Positions 58,324-64,000 of a stretch of DNA of 64,000 nt are shown piece after piece. The DNA comes from a virus (taxonomy: Duplodnaviria > Caudoviricetes), in IMG/VR virus record IMGVR_UViG_3300031555_004309, positions 33,440 through 97,439 of that record; one strand, given 5' to 3'. The translations under genes were made by a program, and so were the position numbers. The first letter of the stretch is position 1. Each line of letters opens with the position of its first letter. The notes beneath the pieces are model-generated. The model was not told the DNA's origin and did not search any database. It worked only from the letters and a program-made list of their open reading frames with translations.

Positions 58324-60114
58324 TTAATTATAAAAGAAAAGAGTACGCTTTCCTTGACGAGAACGGAGTTTCTTATACCATTCTTCTTCTAGTTCTTTTA
58401 TGCGCCAGAGTCCATATTCGAAAGCCGAAAATTTATCTTTCATCATATTAGAATTAATTTGTTCAAGTTTTATATCATTACCTGCACCTTTTAATTTTAA
58501 ATTCGCCATTTCTTCAAATAAACGAGTGGTCATTTCGTGTGGTAATATGCGCGTGATTCTTTTCTCTATCTTCATTGATTGACCAGTTTTAGAACTCATT
58601 AAACGAGTTTTTATTTCTTGTTCACGAACAAGGAATTTAACTTTACCACTAAAGATTTTATTATAACAATTTCCATCTATTTGTGGTTGAAGTGTTGCAT
58701 TTGCCTTTATACCGTATATAAGAGGAATATTTCGAGGATACATTTTTTTAGAATGAGAATCCTTTACTGCACCCGCATTAACTGAACAATATCCAGGATA
58801 GGTTTTTCCATAAACGGGGTCATAGGTTTCTTGAGCCAAAAAATCTACAAGTCCAATTCCAAGTCCATTAGCATCTATTACTAATTCTTTTGGTTGAAAG
58901 GCATCTACAAGTCGTTTAATTTCTAAAGACTGTATTGGAAGTGCTTTTTCTTCTTTCGTTTTTCCAAGCACTTGAATATTTACTAAATTACAAGTAAATT
59001 CTGATTCATGTGGAAATACTTTAAAAATACAAGCTACGGTTTGACAATTAAGTCTACCTATATCCACTGATATAATGTAGAATTCTTTGCCTCCAACTCT
59101 AATATTTTGTTGTCGTTCGGGGTTAATTAATTTTCTATATTTTGTCATCTTGTCATAATCGAACCAACTATCATTTCCGCCACCTGTCCAAAGTGCCATA
59201 TATTCACGTGCAAAAGAGTCTTCTTTATAAGTGGGACTCATTTTGATTTCTCTCATAAAATTACGGTCAAGTAGGCCCGCTTGCATAGGTACTCTATAAT
59301 CACACCCCCATACGAAAGCAGATTTAGGAGTAATTATCTCAAGTTCGAGTATTTCTATGAGCTTTTGATAAGCATAGGAATTCTTTTGTCCTGCTGATGT
59401 CATAAAATACTGTGCTTGGTGAGGTTCTTTTGGATTTACCAGGCCCGCACGTGTTCTTCTATTAACATTTAAAAGCGGAATTACAATTTCATTTAATGTG
59501 TCTCCATCGTGGTCTCTAATTTCGTCAACAAGTCCAAAATGACGACGTCCACCACGAGTGGTATCTAACGCGCCGACGACATCAAAAATTGAACCATTTC
59601 TAAAAGTCATTTTAACGTAGTCTGCGCCAGCATTGTAATTATCCCCAACTAATTCTTTTCGTAAAAGAGGGAATAAATCAAGTATTTCATCAATTTTTTC
59701 TTTTGCGATTTTTGCTGACTGTTCTTTCTTTGGCGCGCAAATGAAACATTTACTACCAGGAAGAAAAATACATTTTAATATCATAGCCAGCATAGTAATG
59801 AAAGTTTTTGAAAACGCACGAGGCGCAGTACAATAATGATAACGATATCTTAAACATGCACGCAGGAATATTTTTTGATAAAAGAATAATCTAAAATTAC
59901 TTTCGACAGGAGTTATTAATTCAATAAACTTATCAGGATATACAGTAAAATAATTCATATATTTAGTATACAAATCCCAGTTCTTTTCAATTCTTTCTCT
60001 TGTCATTATTGCGCCTTTTTCAAGTTCAATTCCATTTCGATAATAATGAAAAGTACCATTATCATCTTGCACAGTTTCAATTTTAGTAGTTCTATCTTTT
60101 AATTCTATGTTCAT
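58324..60114 (-). CDS. Terminase large subunit
   Basis: APRAFSKT, TRGGRR, LVDE Walker B, MTSAG, SVDIGR, IDANGLG, KDKFSA. Confidence 0.92.
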   Translation of the reverse strand: MNIELKDRTTKIETVQDDNGTFHYYRNGIELEKGAIMTRERIEKNWDLYTKYMNYFTVYPDKFIELITPVESNFRLFFYQKIFLRACLRYRYHYCTAPRAFSKTFITMLAMILKCIFLPGSKCFICAPKKEQSAKIAKEKIDEILDLFPLLRKELVGDNYNAGADYVKMTFRNGSIFDVVGALDTTRGGRRHFGLVDEIRDHDGDTLNEIVIPLLNVNRRTRAGLVNPKEPHQAQYFMTSAGQKNSYAYQKLIEILELEIITPKSAFVWGCDYRVPMQAGLLDRNFMREIKMSPTYKEDSFAREYMALWTGGGNDSWFDYDKMTKYRKLINPERQQNIRVGGKEFYIISVDIGRLNCQTVACIFKVFPHESEFTCNLVNIQVLGKTKEEKALPIQSLEIKRLVDAFQPKELVIDANGLGIGLVDFLAQETYDPVYGKTYPGYCSVNAGAVKDSHSKKMYPRNIPLIYGIKANATLQPQIDGNCYNKIFSGKVKFLVREQEIKTRLMSSKTGQSMKIEKRITRILPHEMTTRLFEEMANLKLKGAGNDIKLEQINSNMMKDKFSAFEYGLWRIKELEEEWYKKLRSRQGKRTLFFYN

Positions 60115-61049
60115 ACACCTGCCTCCTCGTCGAAGTCATCATCATATCCTTCAGCGTCAAAGTCATCAAGTTCTTCTTCGTCAGGAATAGCAAGTATAGA
60201 TTCTTCCATAGCATCTGCTGCTTTAAGCGCTTCAATTCTTCTATCAACATCTTCGCCAATACCAGTCTCATTCTTATATAAATTACGAATCCAAGTTTGT
60301 ACATCTTTCATTACTGTATCAACTTGGTCTCTCGGCGTGTCATCATAAAAGTCATTTAACCAACCTAACTTTTCACAATATGCAAAAACTTCGCCAAAAG
60401 AATCAAAATCATTCGCATTTTTAATATTCTTTTCTGTTAGGCCGGCAGATTTACGGATTGTATCATAAGACTTTATTAATTTATCAAAATCTTCTCCGCC
60501 ACGAATTCTATTTTCAATAAGAAGTTTGATTTTACACAATTGTTTTGCATCATCTGCTTGAAGTTTACTATTAATATTTTGAGTTTGAAGAATTCCTTGA
60601 TAAAGATCTTCTAAATATGCGATTTCTTTGTCAAGATATTCTTCTCCCCATTTCTCTCTTAACTTCTCCATATCTGCATCCTTAAGAATAGAAAAAGCAT
60701 TTCGTAAATTTCCTTGAGCCAGCAACCCTTTATACTCTTCATTCATTTCTCTCCAATCTATCATTGGATAATTTTCAGTAAGAGTGGTATTTACGTAAGT
60801 CGATAGTGCCGCAGACCCATTAGCAGTCGAATACTCAATCCATCTATCAGGAATAAAAGGAATATCTAACCATCTACATAATTTATCTACAAAGTCTAAA
60901 CTTCCATCATTCTCATCAATCATATCTTCTAAACATTCAATACAAATAGGAGTTTTATTTTGAGGAAAGAACAAACTTCTTGCAGGCAAAAATTCACTCG
61001 CAATTTTATCCTTTCCACATTTTTCACAAGTGTAAAATAATCCACTCAT
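60111..61049 (-). CDS. Zn-finger protein preceding the terminase (YonG-like, candidate small subunit)
   Basis: CEKC...CIEC, acidic tail, coupled to terL. Confidence 0.55.
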   Translation of the reverse strand: MSGLFYTCEKCGKDKIASEFLPARSLFFPQNKTPICIECLEDMIDENDGSLDFVDKLCRWLDIPFIPDRWIEYSTANGSAALSTYVNTTLTENYPMIDWREMNEEYKGLLAQGNLRNAFSILKDADMEKLREKWGEEYLDKEIAYLEDLYQGILQTQNINSKLQADDAKQLCKIKLLIENRIRGGEDFDKLIKSYDTIRKSAGLTEKNIKNANDFDSFGEVFAYCEKLGWLNDFYDDTPRDQVDTVMKDVQTWIRNLYKNETGIGEDVDRRIEALKAADAMEESILAIPDEEELDDFDAEGYDDDFDEEAGV

Positions 61050-61375
61050 TCTTCATCATCTCGATTTTCTGTCGGATTATGAGAATCGGTTGGCGGCGCG
61101 CACTTCATACGAAGTCTAGTTATCTTATCCAACCATTTCTTCAATTCTCTCCTATTTTCTCTATTCAACTTATTCCAAGCTAATACAATATCACTCTTCA
61201 TTCCATCATAATCTGTTCTAGGAGTAAATTTTGGAACTGTTACCATTTCTCCAGTTTCTTTATTTTCAACTTCTGCATCACTTATATCACAATATCTCAC
61301 ACCTAATATTCTCATTAATTCCCAAAGTTCTCTAGTTTCCAAATACCCTAATTGTTCATACAAATCTATTTTCAT
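61046..61375 (-). CDS. Hypothetical protein
   Basis: Coupled ORF. Confidence 0.65.
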   Translation of the reverse strand: MKIDLYEQLGYLETRELWELMRILGVRYCDISDAEVENKETGEMVTVPKFTPRTDYDGMKSDIVLAWNKLNRENRRELKKWLDKITRLRMKCAPPTDSHNPTENRDDEE

Positions 61376-61379
61376 TCTC

Positions 61380-62606
61380 TCACTCCTTTTTCTTTTCTAT
61401 TCTCTTTAATCTCTCGCAATTTTTACAAATAGATGCATATCCATCTGCATTACGAGATCTCTTAGAAAAATCTCTTTCATCTACTAATTTCCATTCTCCA
61501 CATTTTCCACATTTTTTCCACTTATTCAAAATCTCTCTATTCATATAATAGTCAAAACGTAGTTGCGCGAAGTCTGCAATCTCCTTACAAATATGTTGTT
61601 TGTAAATAGTAGAAATATAATTTGGAGAGTGCGTTGTATTAAAATTTTTATGAAGATAGTCCGCAATATACTCATTACTCTTTTTTTCTATCTTCAATTT
61701 TAATATTTCTTTTTGGACTTCTGTCAATCCGCAATTTTCTTCATACCATTTCAAAGTCTCAAGAATATTTCCAAGTACAGATTCAGGATTTTTATCTGCT
61801 TCTTCTTCTAAATCCATATAATTCTCATAAAGAGTATATATGTGTAAAGGATCGCAAAAGTTAAGAATTGTAGTTGCGGCCGCATTAGGTTGGTAGTCGA
61901 TTTCTACTAAGTTGCGCGGGTCCTCAAATCTCATTTTATTTGAAGGATATGTCCCCATTGGTCTAATATCGAAATCACTTCCAACTTCTTCCCACGGCAC
62001 TTCTTCTCCAACTTCATAAAAAGACTGAGTTACGTTAGTTTTTGTTCTACAAATAACGGGTTTCACACTATCTTTAAGAGTGAATTGTTGACGGCGCAAC
62101 TCTACCAGAAGATGAGAATATTCATATAATTCTCTATCTGTAAGTTTACGAACAGAGTCGTCTTTAATTTTACCTTTATTTACGTCTACTAAGTAGGCAA
62201 CCTTATCTATCTGCTCCCATAACTCCTTCATACCAGGGACGTCCGCATCTTTTTCTCTATCAATAGTAGGTTTTGGATGTTTGTATTTGAGTTCATTATG
62301 TGAAAATGCGCGCTCATCGAAAGTAGGACTTTCGAGAAGAGCTTCGAGACTTTCGGGTTCTTTTCGTTTATAAGTGTTATGTTTTGTTTGGATTTGGATC
62401 TCTTTGCGGTCAACCGCAGAGGTTCCGTCTTCGTCTTTTCCGAATAAAATATAGTTTGCGATAGTTTCTAATTCTTTCTGTGTATAGTGAGTTCCATAAG
62501 GGTCTAAGTATTTATTTACGAATTCTGTACGTTCTGCGGCAGTTTCAAGGGTAAAATCTAATTTTAACATTGAAAGTAGCCTCCTATTTAGTTGCGGCCG
62601 AGTCAA
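61380..62606 (-). CDS. Putative transcription regulator with sigma-region-4-like HTH and C-terminal Zn finger
   Basis: LTEVQKEILKLKIEKKSNEYIADYL HTH; CGKC...CKNC; start codon uncertain. Confidence 0.6.
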   Translation of the reverse strand: MTRPQLNRRLLSMLKLDFTLETAAERTEFVNKYLDPYGTHYTQKELETIANYILFGKDEDGTSAVDRKEIQIQTKHNTYKRKEPESLEALLESPTFDERAFSHNELKYKHPKPTIDREKDADVPGMKELWEQIDKVAYLVDVNKGKIKDDSVRKLTDRELYEYSHLLVELRRQQFTLKDSVKPVICRTKTNVTQSFYEVGEEVPWEEVGSDFDIRPMGTYPSNKMRFEDPRNLVEIDYQPNAAATTILNFCDPLHIYTLYENYMDLEEEADKNPESVLGNILETLKWYEENCGLTEVQKEILKLKIEKKSNEYIADYLHKNFNTTHSPNYISTIYKQHICKEIADFAQLRFDYYMNREILNKWKKCGKCGEWKLVDERDFSKRSRNADGYASICKNCERLKRIEKKKE

Positions 62607-62643
62607 AATAAGAAATTTTTATTATTCGACCTCTCTAATTTTT

Positions 62644-62672
62644 ATTATACCACATTTTTTACAAAATGTCAA
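62644..62672 (-). promoter_or_regulatory. SigA promoter heading the leftward arm
   Basis: TTGACA-17-TATAAT with TG extension on the - strand. Confidence 0.85.
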
Positions 62673-62704
62673 ATTTTTGGGAGATAGTAATAGTGGGAGG
62701 TTTC

Positions 62705-62749
62705 AAAATTTACTTTGTGCGGGAAATTGAAAATTTATTTTGTGCGAGA
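62705..62749. repeat. Tandem 20-bp direct repeat
   Basis: AAAATTTACTTTGTGCGGGA / AAAATTTATTTTGTGCGAGA, period 25. Confidence 0.7.
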
Positions 62750-62780
62750 GATTTTCCAGGGGACGCTTTCGTATTTGATA

Positions 62781-62828
62781 CCACTATATATTGATACTAA
62801 AGGTGTACCCCACCACTATATATAGTGT
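62781..62828. promoter_or_regulatory. Tandem NrdR-box-like operators
   Basis: CCACTATATATTGATA (12/16) and CCACTATATATAGTGT (15/16) versus consensus acaCwAtATaTwGtgt, 32 bp apart. Confidence 0.65.
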
Positions 62829-62953
62829 TTTTCGTTTCGGTATGCTCTCCGCCTTCCTTTCGTCAATTTGCACAAAAGAACATATAAAAAATATAATGTT
62901 ATTGTATAAATTGCACAAACTTTAAAAAATGCGATTTTTTTAATAAAAAAGTG

Positions 62954-62981
62954 TTGACAATAGTAAAAAAATGTTTATAAT
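62954..62981 (+). promoter_or_regulatory. SigA promoter with A-rich UP element
   Basis: TTGACA-16-TATAAT. Confidence 0.7.
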
Positions 62982-63039
62982 AATAAGTGTAATCGGCAAA
63001 CGGTTACACAAAAAAAACTTTTTAAAAGGATGGTAGAAA

Positions 63040-63579
63040 ATGAAAACTATTGAAAAGGTTACTTTTAAAAGTAATTCAAACAACAGGAACACGCTCAAAG
63101 CGTTGACCGAAAAGGAAAACGCTAAACTCGAACAAATGTTCGATATCGCAAAGTCAAACGGCTTGAAATACTTTGCAATTTGCTTTACTGTTAAAGGTTT
63201 TAATGATGTTTATGCTTTTAAAATTCCTATTGAAGAGGCAAAAAAGCGGATGAAAACAAACGAACAGAAAAACGGAAAATATATGTTTAAAATCTTTTGT
63301 CCGTTGTCACTCGCTCAGATGGTAGAATTGATTAAAACGAACAAATGTTCGGTTATCGGTTCTCTGGATGACCTTGAAAAAGCAAAAGAAAAGCACAACT
63401 GCAAAAATAACGGACAGGCGGTTGAATATCTCGTCAAAAGATATGAACATAAAGCCGTAAATCATACCCAAAAGTTACTTGATGGTGGTGATGCTTTGAA
63501 TGGAAATACTGAAATAAAATATTTTGAATTAGGTTTTGGAACGTCACCAAGTTGTAGATTATTTGAAAATATCAAATAA
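63040..63579 (+). CDS. Hypothetical protein (probable early gene)
   Basis: Own promoter, AGGA RBS, downstream hairpin. Confidence 0.75.
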   Translation: MKTIEKVTFKSNSNNRNTLKALTEKENAKLEQMFDIAKSNGLKYFAICFTVKGFNDVYAFKIPIEEAKKRMKTNEQKNGKYMFKIFCPLSLAQMVELIKTNKCSVIGSLDDLEKAKEKHNCKNNGQAVEYLVKRYEHKAVNHTQKLLDGGDALNGNTEIKYFELGFGTSPSCRLFENIK

Positions 63580-63591
63580 GCAAGTAAAGAA

Positions 63592-63625
63592 AACTGAATA
63601 GCACTTGAAAAAGTGCTATTCAGTT
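63592..63625 (+). terminator. 15-bp perfect hairpin
   Basis: AACTGAATAGCACTT-GAAA-AAGTGCTATTCAGTT; no U-tract on the + strand. Confidence 0.55.
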
Positions 63626-63660
63626 ATAAAAAAAACTATATTATAAAAGAGGTTTTAATA

Positions 63661-63840
63661 ATGGATAACAAAAAAAGAGTGTTTTGTGCTAAATTTGGCG
63701 GTTTTGGTATAGTTCAAAAAGAAAATAATGACTATTTTAAAATTTGGTTTTTTGATAAAGCAATAACAAGATATATTGAAAAAAGAAAACATAATTTTAT
63801 TTATGATAATAAATTAAATTGTTTAGTATTTGATTTTTAA
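63661..63840 (+). CDS. Small hypothetical protein (start reassigned to ATG 63661)
   Basis: GAGG RBS 8 nt upstream of ATG 63661. Confidence 0.6.
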   Translation: MDNKKRVFCAKFGGFGIVQKENNDYFKIWFFDKAITRYIEKRKHNFIYDNKLNCLVFDF

Positions 63841-63858
63841 TAGAAAAGAGGTTTTAAT

Positions 63859-64000
63859 ATGCTAACAAGATTCCAAAAAATCAGTTTATTAATAATAATT
63901 ATAATGTTTATCAGTTTTGTATCAGGTTTATTTTTCGGTTATTGGAATGTAATTCATTATCAAAGAATAACTCAAGACAATAACTATTATTATGTTGAAT
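63859..64000 (+). CDS. Small membrane protein (partial)
   Basis: Same AAAAGAGGTTTTAAT leader as the previous gene; MLTRFQKISLLIIIIMFISFVSGLFFGYW is a TM helix. Confidence 0.6.
   Translation, partial: MLTRFQKISLLIIIIMFISFVSGLFFGYWNVIHYQRITQDNNYYYVE

Noticed and set aside
62705-62920. Repeats as a mini-CRISPR array
   Set aside because: Only two copies of each, no spacer-length regularity and no cas genes.
1-64000. Stop-codon reassignment, tRNA genes or a diversity-generating retroelement
   Set aside because: The standard code gives dense, full-length genes; no cloverleaf, reverse transcriptase or TR/VR pair was seen by eye.

Overview
This is a 64-kb slice of a large, AT-rich (roughly 30-33% GC by eye) tailed phage of Firmicutes, probably Clostridia. 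A dockerin gene hints at a Ruminococcus-like host. Gene order closely follows SPbeta-like siphoviruses. From 1 to 31.8 kb, mostly on the + strand, is a DNA metabolism and replication arm: ATP-dependent ligase, kinase, GT2 glycosyltransferase, RNase H, NrdH/NrdD/NrdG, GyrB/GyrA, SSB, Sak4-like ATPase, PhoH, helicase, primase, RecJ, two amino-methyltransferases, DnaE, ClpP-like protein, GIY-YIG nuclease, dUTPase and RuvC. From 34.8 to 62.6 kb on the - strand is a morphogenesis arm: terminase, portal, protease/scaffold, capsid, connectors, two tail-tube paralogues, tape measure, Dit and a tail lysin with M23 and lysozyme domains. Between the arms lies a self-contained six-gene operon of unknown function (31854-34617), the best candidate for an undescribed system. 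Other notable signals are a ~27-aa 'YDGFSKNPP' motif shared by tail tube and Dit, a large excess of GCGCGC and related motifs, tandem NrdR-like boxes away from the nrd genes, a secreted dockerin protein, a gyrase with an intact GyrA-box, and a gene bracketed by 14-bp inverted repeats. No tRNA, CRISPR array, integrase or holin/endolysin cassette was seen. All calls rest on motif recognition and synteny by eye; no searches were run.
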